This document shows, in pieces, positions 31,063-40,193 of a DNA stretch of 64,000 nt (positions within the stretch are counted from its first letter, which is position 1; each line of letters begins with the position of its first letter). The notes beneath the pieces were generated by a model, which was not told the DNA's origin, ran no database searches, and saw only the letters and a list, made by a program, of their open reading frames with translations. A program made the translations under genes and the position numbers. This DNA is from Candidatus Krumholzibacteriia bacterium (GTDB lineage: Bacteria > Krumholzibacteriota > Krumholzibacteriia > JAJRXK01): contig JAOZPE010000003.1 of the NCBI GenBank assembly GCA_029932915.1, forward strand, positions 64,147-128,146, given 5' to 3'.

Positions 31063-32637
31063 ATGGAAACCATTGCGGTCGACTACCGTATCCGATCCGC
31101 CGAGCTGAACGAGGCGCGGCGGCTCGCCCGGGCCATCGCCGTCGAGCAGACCGTCGAGGTCCCCGAGGAGCTCATCACACCCTCGATCGAGCGCGAGGTG
31201 GTGGGAACGATCGAGGAGCTGCGGCCGGACGGACCGGCGGCCCACATCGCCCGGATCCGCTATCCCGCCCATCTGGTCGCGGGCGAGTTGCCGCGGCTGT
31301 TGAACCTCATCCACGGCAACACCTCGATGCAGCCGGGCATCCGGATCGTCGATCTGCGTCTGCCCACCTCCGTGCTCGAGGCCTTCGCCGGCCCGCGCTT
31401 CGGCATCGAGGGGGTCCGCCGGCTGCTGGGCGTGTACGGGCGGCCCCTGCTGGTCTCCGCCCTGAAACCCAATGGCTCGCCGGTGGACGAGCTGGCCGCC
31501 ATCGCCCGGGCTTTCGCCCTCGGCGGCGGGGACATCATCAAGGACGACCAGAACCTGTGGGATCGCGATCTCCGTGCGTGGCGCGAGAGGGTGAGCCGCT
31601 GCCAGGAGGCGGTGGAGGAGGGGAACGCGCGCAGTGGGCGCCGTTGCCTCTACTTCCCCTACCTCAGCGGAAACATCGAAGAAGCGGACGAACGCCTGGA
31701 GATCCTCCACCGCCTCGGGGTCAGGGGCGTCCTCGTCGCGCCCTTCCTGCTGGGCCTGGAGGCCACCCGCTCGCTCGCCCGCCGGCACCCCCTGGTCATG
31801 ATGGCCCATCCCTCGTGGTCGGGTTCCCACTACCTCTCCAGGGACGAGGGCATGGAGGCCGATCTGGTGCTGGGCACCCTGATGCGCCTGATCGGGATGG
31901 ACATCTCCATCTTCGTCAACGCCGGCGGACGCTTCTCCTTCGATCGTGAGTCCTGCCGGGCCATCGCCCGTCGTCTGCGGGAACCCCTGGGAGAGCTGCG
32001 GCCCGCCCTGCCCTCACCGGCCGGCGGGATGCGGCTGGACAATCTCGACCAGATGGCTGCCGACTACGGCAGCGATGCCTGCCTGCTCATCGGCGGCGCA
32101 CTGCTCTCCCATTCGGACGATCTGGCCGCAAGCACGCGTCATTTCCTGGCGGCCATCGGTGAGCACTTCAGCGAGAGGCTCGAGGAACCCGACGATTCCC
32201 CCATGGAGCGTTCCCATGGGTGGCCAACGCCGGCCGTCACCCACCGCCTGTTGCACGAACTCGTGCACCGGGGCGACTTCAGCTGGGAGGGACGCCGTTT
32301 CGTCGCCTACAAGACCGACGAGAGCCTTCCCTTCGCCGGAGTGCGCCGGCTCGAGTTGATCGGCCCGGCGGGGGAGCACACCGCCTTCGAACTGCGCTAT
32401 TTCGAGCTCGAGCCGGGAGGCTTCACCAGCCTGGAGAAACACCACCACACCCACGTCCTCATCGGAGTCCGTGGGCGTGGGGTGCTCGTCCGGGGCGAGG
32501 AGAGAAGCGAGCTGCTGCCGCTGGACATCGCCTACGTCGACCGCCTCATCGTGCACCAGTTGCGCAACGAGAATGACGAGCCCTTCGGGGTCTTCTGTAT
32601 CGTCGACCGCGAGCGCGACCGGCCCCTGCCACCCTGA
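31063..32637 (+). CDS. Fusion protein: RuBisCO-like protein (form IV-like RuBisCO large-subunit homolog) plus C-terminal cupin domain
   Basis: 524 aa. The N-terminal ~410 aa carry RuBisCO large-chain landmarks: GRPLLVSALKPNGS (cf. GRPLLGCTIKPKLG, K175 kept), GGGDIIKDDQNL (cf. GGLDFTKDDEN; K201/D203 kept, E204 replaced by Q), PSPAGGM (cf. PIISGGM) and IGGALLSH glycine loop. The C-terminal ~110 aa form a cupin barrel with metal ligands (EKHHHTHVLIGVRGRGVLV and PLDIAYVDRLIVHQLRN, i.e. H-x-H...H(x3)N). Confidence 0.8.
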   Translation: METIAVDYRIRSAELNEARRLARAIAVEQTVEVPEELITPSIEREVVGTIEELRPDGPAAHIARIRYPAHLVAGELPRLLNLIHGNTSMQPGIRIVDLRLPTSVLEAFAGPRFGIEGVRRLLGVYGRPLLVSALKPNGSPVDELAAIARAFALGGGDIIKDDQNLWDRDLRAWRERVSRCQEAVEEGNARSGRRCLYFPYLSGNIEEADERLEILHRLGVRGVLVAPFLLGLEATRSLARRHPLVMMAHPSWSGSHYLSRDEGMEADLVLGTLMRLIGMDISIFVNAGGRFSFDRESCRAIARRLREPLGELRPALPSPAGGMRLDNLDQMAADYGSDACLLIGGALLSHSDDLAASTRHFLAAIGEHFSERLEEPDDSPMERSHGWPTPAVTHRLLHELVHRGDFSWEGRRFVAYKTDESLPFAGVRRLELIGPAGEHTAFELRYFELEPGGFTSLEKHHHTHVLIGVRGRGVLVRGEERSELLPLDIAYVDRLIVHQLRNENDEPFGVFCIVDRERDRPLPP

Positions 32638-32680
32638 TCGACGGCGGCCGGAGAGACCATGTCCGCGCCCATGGGCGGCG

Positions 32681-33316
32681 TCACTCCGAGTCGTCGGTCG
32701 AATCGGCCGGCGACGCTTCCTCGATCTCCTCGAGCGCGGGGATGTCGAAGTGCTCTCCGAGCTTGCTCAACTGGGAGAAGTCGAGCTGCCCGACGACGTT
32801 GACGAAGATGGCCTCCAGGTCACTTCCCTCCTGGTAACGGATGTCGCTGTCCTCGCCTCCGATGCCGACCAGGACCAGACCGTTCAGGACGGGAGCCTCC
32901 TGCTCTCCTCTCTTCTCATCCATCTTCACCAGGATGTTCCACACTCCGTCCTCGTCATTCACCTTCACCACGCGCGACCAATTCTCCTTCATCAGGGTTG
33001 CGGCGACCTTGTCGACGTAGCTCCCCAGACTCTTCGCCTGCTCCGCCGGGAACGAGAAGACGTTCACCCTGAGGAGTTGAAGGTTCCCCAGCACCTCGGC
33101 CAGGTCGGGGTCGTCCTTGATCATCGCCCAGCGCGCCGCGCTCAGCAGGGGTTGGGTGAGGTAGACCTCCACCACTTCCTTGCCCTTCTGCAGATCACCG
33201 AAGCGCTGGAGATCGACGTATCCGGGTTCCTTGGAGAATTCCTGTCCGCCGCCCTGGGCGGACGCGGTCGCCGCCCACACCAGCACGAGTGCCGCGCTCA
33301 TCATCCATCGGCGCAT
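32681..33316 (-). CDS. DUF4252-family secreted protein
   Basis: 211 aa; signal peptide MRRWMMSAALVLVWAATASAQ; DUF4252-like acidic protein; downstream of the ECF sigma/anti-sigma pair, as is typical in Bacteroidota-like genomes. Confidence 0.6.
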   Translation of the reverse strand: MRRWMMSAALVLVWAATASAQGGGQEFSKEPGYVDLQRFGDLQKGKEVVEVYLTQPLLSAARWAMIKDDPDLAEVLGNLQLLRVNVFSFPAEQAKSLGSYVDKVAATLMKENWSRVVKVNDEDGVWNILVKMDEKRGEQEAPVLNGLVLVGIGGEDSDIRYQEGSDLEAIFVNVVGQLDFSQLSKLGEHFDIPALEEIEEASPADSTDDSE

Positions 33317-33350
33317 GTCTTCGCCTCCCTGTCGGTTGCGGCGGCCGGTG

Positions 33351-33929
33351 TCAGCCGCCCTGATGTGAGGCGGGATCCTGCTTCACGAAACGATCGAAGC
33401 CGGTTCCCAGACCCCTTCGGATTGCATTCGAGAAACGGTCACGGGTCTGACGGCCGACGACGTCCTCGGTGGAATCGACGGCCCGTCCCACCAGCGTGAG
33501 CGCCAGACGGATCTCCTGGGCCGCGGCGCAGATGGTCGCGTCGTCGTAGGCCAGGGTCGAGCGATCGACGCCCAGGCGGCGGAAGATCGCCTCGAGCTCG
33601 CGGGCGCAGGGATCAGTCGAATCCGACGGGGCGCTCACCACCGGCGTGGGCGGCACGGCCCCGCGCTCCGGCCCCCCCGGGGAGGACACCAGCAGGAAGA
33701 CCACGAGAGCCAGGGTCGCGGCCGGTACCAGCAGATGTGCTCGCCACGACGACAGCGCCCGAAGCCAGCCGCCGGAGACGGCCGGGCTCCGCTCCGCTTC
33801 CTCCTCGGCCTGCACGCGGGCCAGGATCCCGTCCACCACCCGCTGAGGACAGGGCGGCGTTCGATACGAGCGCAGCCGTTCGCGAAGGAAGCGATCTTCA
33901 TCCGGATGGGTCACGCCCGGGCCTCCCAT
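33351..33929 (-). CDS. Putative anti-sigma factor (single-pass membrane protein)
   Basis: About 190 aa; one central TM (LLVPAATLALVVFLLVS); sits between the ECF sigma gene and the DUF4252 gene. Likely true start is the GTG at 33914, which overlaps the sigma stop as GTGA. Confidence 0.45.
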   Translation of the reverse strand: MGGPGVTHPDEDRFLRERLRSYRTPPCPQRVVDGILARVQAEEEAERSPAVSGGWLRALSSWRAHLLVPAATLALVVFLLVSSPGGPERGAVPPTPVVSAPSDSTDPCARELEAIFRRLGVDRSTLAYDDATICAAAQEIRLALTLVGRAVDSTEDVVGRQTRDRFSNAIRRGLGTGFDRFVKQDPASHQGG

Positions 33930-34486
33930 GGTTGCTCCAAGCGCCGCCGGACGCTCTTGCGTGCGCGGTGCAAGGTGATCTTCACCGAGGACAGGGAGAG
34001 GCCGGTCACTTCGGCGATCTCCTCGTAGGAGAGATGGTGCAGTTCCCTCAGCATGATGACCGAGCGATGGGGTTCGTCCAGATCACCCATGGCCTGCACC
34101 ACTTCATGGACCTCCACTTCCCTCTCGATATGCCGGGCTCCGGCTCCCCCATCGCTGAGATCGACCGAACCCTCGATCGCCGTGCCTTCCTCCCCCGGCG
34201 CCGGAGCATGAAGGCCGTGGGTCGTCGTGAGCGGGTCGTCGCGGTGCCGCGAGCGCACCCGGCGGCGGCGCAGACGATCGAGACAGGCGTTCCGGCAGAC
34301 CCGCATCAGCCACACCCCGCAGGAGGCCGCCTCCACCCGCTCTCCCTGCCTCCACAACTTCAGGAAGACGTCCTGGACCACGTCCTCGGCCTCTTCACGG
34401 CTGCGAAGAAGATGGACCGCCAGCCCGTAGACCGCGTCCTTGTGCTCGTACAGGAGCCGGGTGAATGCGGGTCGATCCATCTTCAT
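33911..34486 (-). CDS. RNA polymerase ECF-type sigma-70 factor (sigma-24 family)
   Basis: 191 aa; region 2 (DAVYGLAVHLLRSREEAEDVVQDVFLKLW) and region 4 HTH (LSYEEIAEVTGLSLSSVKITLHRARKSVRRRL). Confidence 0.8.
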   Translation of the reverse strand: MKMDRPAFTRLLYEHKDAVYGLAVHLLRSREEAEDVVQDVFLKLWRQGERVEAASCGVWLMRVCRNACLDRLRRRRVRSRHRDDPLTTTHGLHAPAPGEEGTAIEGSVDLSDGGAGARHIEREVEVHEVVQAMGDLDEPHRSVIMLRELHHLSYEEIAEVTGLSLSSVKITLHRARKSVRRRLEQPWEARA

Positions 34487-34668
34487 CGCTCATTCAAGGG
34501 AAGGACGCGCGGCGAGGCCGGAAAGTTACCGCCCCCAACATCTCTTTCCTTCCCCCATCCTCTCTGTTAGAATGCCTGCATACCAGAAACGATCTCAGCG
34601 CGCGCGCATCTCCATCCCACTTCCGATGCCCGCTGCTCCGCTCGCGCCACCAGATACGGGGTCGATCC

Positions 34669-35649
34669 ATGAAGCCTCTTCCCCAAAGAGCTTTCGAGTT
34701 CCTCGACCTTGCGCCGGGTGTGGGCGACCTCCTCGAGGAAGTGCAGGAAGGTCTGCGATCGACCCCGAAGTACCTTCCTTCCAAGTACTTCTACGATAAA
34801 CGGGGAAGCGAACTCTTCGAGCGCATCACCGAGTTGCCCGGCTATTATCTGACCCGCAGCGAGCTGGACATCCTCCAGGACTTCGCCCCCGCCATCACCA
34901 AGGCCATGGGCCGGCAATGCTATCTGGTCGAGCTGGGAAGCGGCAACTGCATGAAGACGCGCTTCCTCCTCGATACCCTCGAGGATCCGGTGGCCTACGC
35001 CCCGGTGGACATCTGCGCAAGCACCCTGCGGAACGCGGCCGCCACCCTGCACCGGGAGTACCCCCGGCTGGAACTGCTGCCGGTGTGCGCCGACTTCACC
35101 CGCCCCTTCCCCCTTCCCAAGCCCCATGTGAGCCCCCGGCGCACGGTCATCTACTTCGGCGGTTCCACCGTGGGCAACTTCACCCCGCGGCAGACCGTCC
35201 CCCTGCTGGAGATCATGGCCAGCGCCCTGGGCCAGGGCGGAGTGCTGCTGGTGGGAATCGACCTGAAGAAGGATCCCCGCATCCTGCACCGGGCCTACAA
35301 TGACGCCCGCGGCATCACCGCCGCCTTCAACCTGAATCTCCTGGTACGGATCAACCGCGAACTCGATGCCGACTTCCAACTCGACTGCTTCCGGCACTAC
35401 GCCTTCTACAACCCCACCAAGAGCCGGGTGGAGATGCACCTGGTCTCCACCCGGGACCAGAGCGTGACCATCGACGGCGAGAGCTTCTCCTTCCACCGCG
35501 GGGAGAGCATCCTCACCGAGTACTCCTGCAAGTACCGTATGGACGACTTCGTCCAGCTCGCCCAGGACGCCGGCTTCCAACTCCGTGAACGCTGGACCGA
35601 CCGCCGCGGCCATTTCGGGCTGCTCTATCTCGAGGTGGCCGAGAACTGA
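34669..35649 (+). CDS. EgtD-like SAM-dependent methyltransferase (histidine N-alpha-methyltransferase family)
   Basis: Start reassigned to MKPLPQRAFEFLDL at 34669. Hallmark N-terminal block LPSKYFYDKRGSELFERITELPGYYLTRSELDIL and SAM-binding LVELGSGNCMKT; 326 aa. Confidence 0.75.
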   Translation: MKPLPQRAFEFLDLAPGVGDLLEEVQEGLRSTPKYLPSKYFYDKRGSELFERITELPGYYLTRSELDILQDFAPAITKAMGRQCYLVELGSGNCMKTRFLLDTLEDPVAYAPVDICASTLRNAAATLHREYPRLELLPVCADFTRPFPLPKPHVSPRRTVIYFGGSTVGNFTPRQTVPLLEIMASALGQGGVLLVGIDLKKDPRILHRAYNDARGITAAFNLNLLVRINRELDADFQLDCFRHYAFYNPTKSRVEMHLVSTRDQSVTIDGESFSFHRGESILTEYSCKYRMDDFVQLAQDAGFQLRERWTDRRGHFGLLYLEVAEN

Positions 35650-35675
35650 TTCCCCTGCAAGGAAACACGAACTCC

Positions 35676-37532
35676 ATGAACACCTTCCATCTTCCGCAGC
35701 TCGCCGGAGGCGCACTCGAGCGCTCGGACATCGACCTCCGCTACCGTTGGAATCTCGAGGACATCTACGAGGACTTCGATGCGTGGCAGAAGGGCATGGA
35801 CCGGCTCGAGGGCCTGATCGAAGAGATGGTCACCCTCAAGGGCACGCTGGGCAAGGGGCCCGAGCACCTGTTGAGGGCACTCCGGCTCAACGACGAGATC
35901 GATCAGCTCGCCTACCGGGTGTACAACTACGCTTCACTGAAATTCGACGAGGACGTGCGCCGAAACGACATCGAGGCGCGGCACCAGCAGGTCACCCTTC
36001 TCTTCGCCCGGGCGGCCACGCAGACCTCGTGGTTCCACCCGGAGATCCTCGCCATCGGCCGTGAAACCATCGACCGCTGGCTGGATGAGAACGAAGACCT
36101 CGCCCTGTACCGCTACGTTCTGCGGGTCCTGTTCCGGCAACAGGAGCACGTCCTGGACGAGGACAAGGAGAAACTCCTCAGCTACGGCGCATCGTTCAAC
36201 GCATCTCCGTCGGAGATCTACTCGATGCTCTCCACCGCCGACATCCGCTACCCCGTGTTGACCCTCAGCAACGGCGAGCAGGTCCAACTCACTTACGGGC
36301 GCTACTACGTCATCCTCTCCCGCGAGCGCAACCAGGAGGACCGGGCCAAGGCCTTCCGCGGCCTGTACGAGGCCTTCGCCGCCAGCCGGAACACCTATGC
36401 GGCCCTGTACAACGCCACCTGCCAGAGGGATTGGGCCAACGCCCGGGCCCGCAACTACGAATCCTGCCTGCAGGCGGTGCTGCACGGCGACGCCATCCCC
36501 GAGTCGGTGGTGGAGAATCTCATCACGACCACCCGGGAAGGGGTGGCTCCCCTGCACCGTTACTATGCGCTGCGCAAGAAGGTCCTTCAGCTCGACGAGA
36601 TCCACCTCTACGACGGCACCCTGTCGCTGGTTCCCAGCGAGAAGCGATACAGCTATGAAGAGGCGGTCGAACTGGTGCTGGAATCGGTCCGACCCCTGGG
36701 CGAGGAATACCAACGCAAGGTCCAGACGGCGTTCTCCGAGAGATGGATCGACGTCTTCGAGACCGAAGGCAAACGCACCGGGGCCTACTCGACCTCGGTC
36801 TACGGGGTCCACCCCTACATCCTCCTGAACTACAACGACACCCTGGACAACGTCTTCACCATCGCCCATGAGATGGGACACACGATCCACACCGTCCTGG
36901 CCAACGAGAGTCAGCCCTTCTGCTACTCGGACTACACCATCTTCGTGGCCGAAGTGGCATCCACGCTGAACGAGCGGCTTCTGCTCGATCACATGCTCAA
37001 GGGCAGTTCCGATCCGCGGGAGCGCATCCTGCTCCTCCAGCATGCCATCGACAGCATCGTGGGAACCTTCTACAGCCAGGTCCTCTTCGCCGGATTCGAG
37101 CTGGAAGCCCACCGCCGCGTGGAACGGGGTGAGCCGGTCACCGCCGAGGTGCTCGAGGAGATCTACGGTTCGATGCAGGAGGAGTGGTACGGCGACGAGG
37201 TCGACTACGACGATCTGTACCGCTTGACCTGGGCGCGGATCCCCCACCTCTATCGCAGTCCGTTCTATGTGTACCAGTACGCCACGTGTTTCGCCTCATC
37301 GGCGCACATCTTCTCGCGCATCATCCAGAGTGAGGGCAAGGAGCGGGAAGAGGCGGTCACCAACTATCTCGATCTGCTGCGCGCCGGCGGCAGCGACGAT
37401 TCCATGGAATTGCTGAAGCGGGCCGGAGTCGACCTGAATCGCCCGGAGGTCGTGCGGGAGATCATCGAGCAGTTCGACGCGCTGGTCGACCGCCTCCAGA
37501 GGGAATTCGACGCGCTCGAACAGCTCGCCTAG
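35676..37532 (+). CDS. pepF: Oligoendopeptidase F (M3B family)
   Basis: 618 aa; zinc motif HEMGHTIH plus downstream E; overall M3B architecture. Confidence 0.85.
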   Translation: MNTFHLPQLAGGALERSDIDLRYRWNLEDIYEDFDAWQKGMDRLEGLIEEMVTLKGTLGKGPEHLLRALRLNDEIDQLAYRVYNYASLKFDEDVRRNDIEARHQQVTLLFARAATQTSWFHPEILAIGRETIDRWLDENEDLALYRYVLRVLFRQQEHVLDEDKEKLLSYGASFNASPSEIYSMLSTADIRYPVLTLSNGEQVQLTYGRYYVILSRERNQEDRAKAFRGLYEAFAASRNTYAALYNATCQRDWANARARNYESCLQAVLHGDAIPESVVENLITTTREGVAPLHRYYALRKKVLQLDEIHLYDGTLSLVPSEKRYSYEEAVELVLESVRPLGEEYQRKVQTAFSERWIDVFETEGKRTGAYSTSVYGVHPYILLNYNDTLDNVFTIAHEMGHTIHTVLANESQPFCYSDYTIFVAEVASTLNERLLLDHMLKGSSDPRERILLLQHAIDSIVGTFYSQVLFAGFELEAHRRVERGEPVTAEVLEEIYGSMQEEWYGDEVDYDDLYRLTWARIPHLYRSPFYVYQYATCFASSAHIFSRIIQSEGKEREEAVTNYLDLLRAGGSDDSMELLKRAGVDLNRPEVVREIIEQFDALVDRLQREFDALEQLA

Positions 37533-37592
37533 GCAGCGCCCCCCGGCGGATCAAGCGGCCCAGGCGAAGGACCTTCCATCCGGACGCCACCG

Positions 37593-39323
37593 TCAAGGCC
37601 AGAGCCGGACGCCCCCCTCGCCGTCGGGCAGACCCAGATGGAAGGGGAAGGCCACCGAATCGGGCCGGCTGATCTGTCCCAGATCGCCGATCGTGGTGGT
37701 CAGCTCCATGGACGGATCGGGGACGAGCTGGAGGTACCAGGTGAAGGTCTGCATCCGGGAGGTGTTCCGCGCCCACCCCAGCAGGTGGACGGCGCCGAGC
37801 TGGGCGCGCAGGAACGCCCCCACGCCACAGTAGTCCAGCTCACCAGGCCCTCCACAACTGCCCTCCTCGAAGTACTCCGGATGGAGCCAGAAGATCGCGG
37901 GCACGAAGATCTCCACCGCGTCCTCCCCCTCCAGACGGTACTCGTTGGGGGAAGTGGCATCGGAGAAGACGGTGGAATCATCGGCTCCGCCGCCGTCATG
38001 GATCCGGTTGTCCGGATCCCCTTCACTCCTCCACTCGTAGGAGAAGGCCCGGGCCTGACCGTAGGCGCCGGACGCCGGCTGGCGGGGATCACCCGTCCCC
38101 TGAAGCACCATGGGGATGCGGAAGAGCCGCCCGAACCAAAGTTCCTCGTCGCTCACCTGATAGGCGACGAATCGCGCGCCGGTCCAGTAGAGCGTGGTGT
38201 CCGCCGACACCTCGTAGTCGACCGTGTTCTGCGGCCACCGGCTGCCATCAGGGTCGCTCAGCAGAATTTCGTCTTCAGAGCTCGGAAAGAGCGAAGACAT
38301 GCGCGGACCGAATCCGGCGGTGAAGGTGAAGCTCACCGGGGTGGGATCGACGGCGCGCAGACGGTCGACGGCGCGACCGAAGAAGGTGTAGTCGAAGGGG
38401 CCGGTGACGAAGGCGATGGTGTCCGCCTCGGCCGGAGGGCTGTAGTTGGTCTGGAGTTGCCGGGTCGAGCCGTCGCGGCCCTGCATGACCGTCCGGCCCT
38501 GGAAGCGGACCCGCGGGAGGACCGCCTGTTTCAGCACCGGCGGGTCGGGGTCGTCACCGCTGAGGCGGAAGACCGCGGTGACCCCGGCCGGGATGGTGTC
38601 GCCTTCGGCGAAGTGCACGTCCTGGTATCCACCCATCCCGTCGGGGAGGCGATAGTAGGGAAAGGTGGCGTCGAGAACCAACTCGGTGGTCGGAGGCAGG
38701 TTCACGATCTCCCACTGCAACTGGGCCTCGTCGAGCGGTGTCTCCTGCCCGTCGGTGGTCGAAGCGAAGACCCAGATGGAATGGGGAAGATCGGAGCTCC
38801 ACATCAGGATCTCCGGGCAGTCGCCACCGGTGTCACAGCGGGAGGTGATCCACTCCTGCGGAGTGCTGTTGGCATAGTCGAAGGAGTCCCGGTCGCTCCA
38901 GTAGGGATGATCCTCGCTATCGCGGGGCATGCGCCGGTCGCCTTCGGCGGGATCGTTGGTCACCCGGTACTGGAAGCCGCGGATGGGCACGGTGGGATCG
39001 CTCAGTTCCCACCGGATCCGGAAGGGCTCGGCGCCGGGAATGCGCGGCATCGCGGTCTGCTGGGGGGAATCCCCGTCCGGTCCGGCGGCCGTTCCCTTCC
39101 ACAACAGGCGGGGGGCGCCAAAGAGCAGGTCGCCGTCGCCCAGGTGGTAGACGAGGAAACGAATGCCCAGATCGGCCCCGGCCGGAGGCGGGGGTGGAGG
39201 CGGCGCCTCTCCCCCATCCCCGTCGTCCGAGGAGCACGCGGCCACGCTCAGCAGAAGAAGGAGGAACAGCGGCAAGAGCCACGAATGGACGACCTTGCGG
39301 CCCCGGCGATTCGCTCTTCGCAT
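37593..39323 (-). CDS. Large hypothetical lipoprotein with poly-proline linker
   Basis: Start reassigned to MRRANRRGRKVVHSWLLPLFLLLLLSVAACSSDD at 39323. PPPPPPP linker after the lipobox; W/Y/D-rich ~570-aa body with no recognised domain. The antisense 720-aa ORF (+) is rejected. Confidence 0.6.
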   Translation of the reverse strand: MRRANRRGRKVVHSWLLPLFLLLLLSVAACSSDDGDGGEAPPPPPPPAGADLGIRFLVYHLGDGDLLFGAPRLLWKGTAAGPDGDSPQQTAMPRIPGAEPFRIRWELSDPTVPIRGFQYRVTNDPAEGDRRMPRDSEDHPYWSDRDSFDYANSTPQEWITSRCDTGGDCPEILMWSSDLPHSIWVFASTTDGQETPLDEAQLQWEIVNLPPTTELVLDATFPYYRLPDGMGGYQDVHFAEGDTIPAGVTAVFRLSGDDPDPPVLKQAVLPRVRFQGRTVMQGRDGSTRQLQTNYSPPAEADTIAFVTGPFDYTFFGRAVDRLRAVDPTPVSFTFTAGFGPRMSSLFPSSEDEILLSDPDGSRWPQNTVDYEVSADTTLYWTGARFVAYQVSDEELWFGRLFRIPMVLQGTGDPRQPASGAYGQARAFSYEWRSEGDPDNRIHDGGGADDSTVFSDATSPNEYRLEGEDAVEIFVPAIFWLHPEYFEEGSCGGPGELDYCGVGAFLRAQLGAVHLLGWARNTSRMQTFTWYLQLVPDPSMELTTTIGDLGQISRPDSVAFPFHLGLPDGEGGVRLWP

Positions 39324-39487
39324 CGGTGGATACTCCTGGACGGGGGAACGACGGGCCACCGGGGTCCCACGACCACCCCTCGGAAGCGGCAGAAATCAAC
39401 TGGGGCGGCCGGGCCCACTCGGCTAGAATGTCCGAAGAGGCGGCCGCCGCGTCAAGTCGCCGGGGCGCTCATCCCGGAGGGGATTCC

Positions 39488-40153
39488 ATGTCAAGATCCA
39501 TCGCACTGTTCCTCTTGCTGCTCATCCTGCCTGCTGCGACCGCCTGGGGAGGACAACCCCTCAACACGATCGTGCTCAAGGGAGGCGCCTACAACGGCAC
39601 GCAGGACTACGACTTCGGCGGCGAACAGCTCTTCGATCCCAGCGCCTGCTGGACCGCAACCGGTGGGCTGGGTTTCGAATGGAAATTCGGCCGTCACTCG
39701 AATTTCCGTCTCCTCACCGAGTTCATGTACGTATCCAAGAACATCGAGGAAGAAGTGCCCGAACTCGACGAACTCGGGCAACCCACGGGAAACATCCTGA
39801 AGGTCCAGGGCGGCTTCGACTACCTGTCCATTCCGGTGTTGGCGAAACTGCAGACCGCCGACCAGCCATCGAGTCTGTACTTCCTGGTGGGTCTGAGCGG
39901 GGATCTCATCCTCCAGCGGGACGTCACCCTGACCATCTTCGAGGACTTCAAGGATTTCGTGGTATCGGCGCAGGTGGGCGTGGGCATCGAGAACGCCTTC
40001 AGCCGGTACTGGGGATGGCTCCTGGAGTTCAGCTACATCCAGAACATCTACAGCGCCTATGGAGGAGACGATCTCGGAGAGGAGATCCGTTTGAACTCGG
40101 TGCGGCAACGCGGCATCACCATCCAGGCCGGACTGCGCTTCCTCCTGGGTTGA
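39488..40153 (+). CDS. Outer-membrane beta-barrel protein (OmpA-like / OMP_b-brl family porin-like)
   Basis: Start reassigned to MSRSIALFLLLLILPAATAWG at 39488. About 221 aa with alternating hydrophobic beta-strand pattern; ends ...AGLRFLLG. Confidence 0.6.
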   Translation: MSRSIALFLLLLILPAATAWGGQPLNTIVLKGGAYNGTQDYDFGGEQLFDPSACWTATGGLGFEWKFGRHSNFRLLTEFMYVSKNIEEEVPELDELGQPTGNILKVQGGFDYLSIPVLAKLQTADQPSSLYFLVGLSGDLILQRDVTLTIFEDFKDFVVSAQVGVGIENAFSRYWGWLLEFSYIQNIYSAYGGDDLGEEIRLNSVRQRGITIQAGLRFLLG

Positions 40154-40193
40154 GCGTATGGTCCCGCGTGTGCCGTCACCGCCCGGTGGCCGG

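Noticed and set aside
34669-35649. EgtD homolog as evidence for an ergothioneine biosynthesis cluster
   Set aside because: No EgtB (sulfoxide synthase), EgtC or EgtE homolog in the window. Only the methyltransferase is present, so a cluster-level call is not supported.
37638-39800. 720-aa plus-strand ORF
   Set aside because: Antisense to the lipoprotein gene 37593-39323, which has a proper signal peptide and lipobox. The plus-strand translation is low-complexity.
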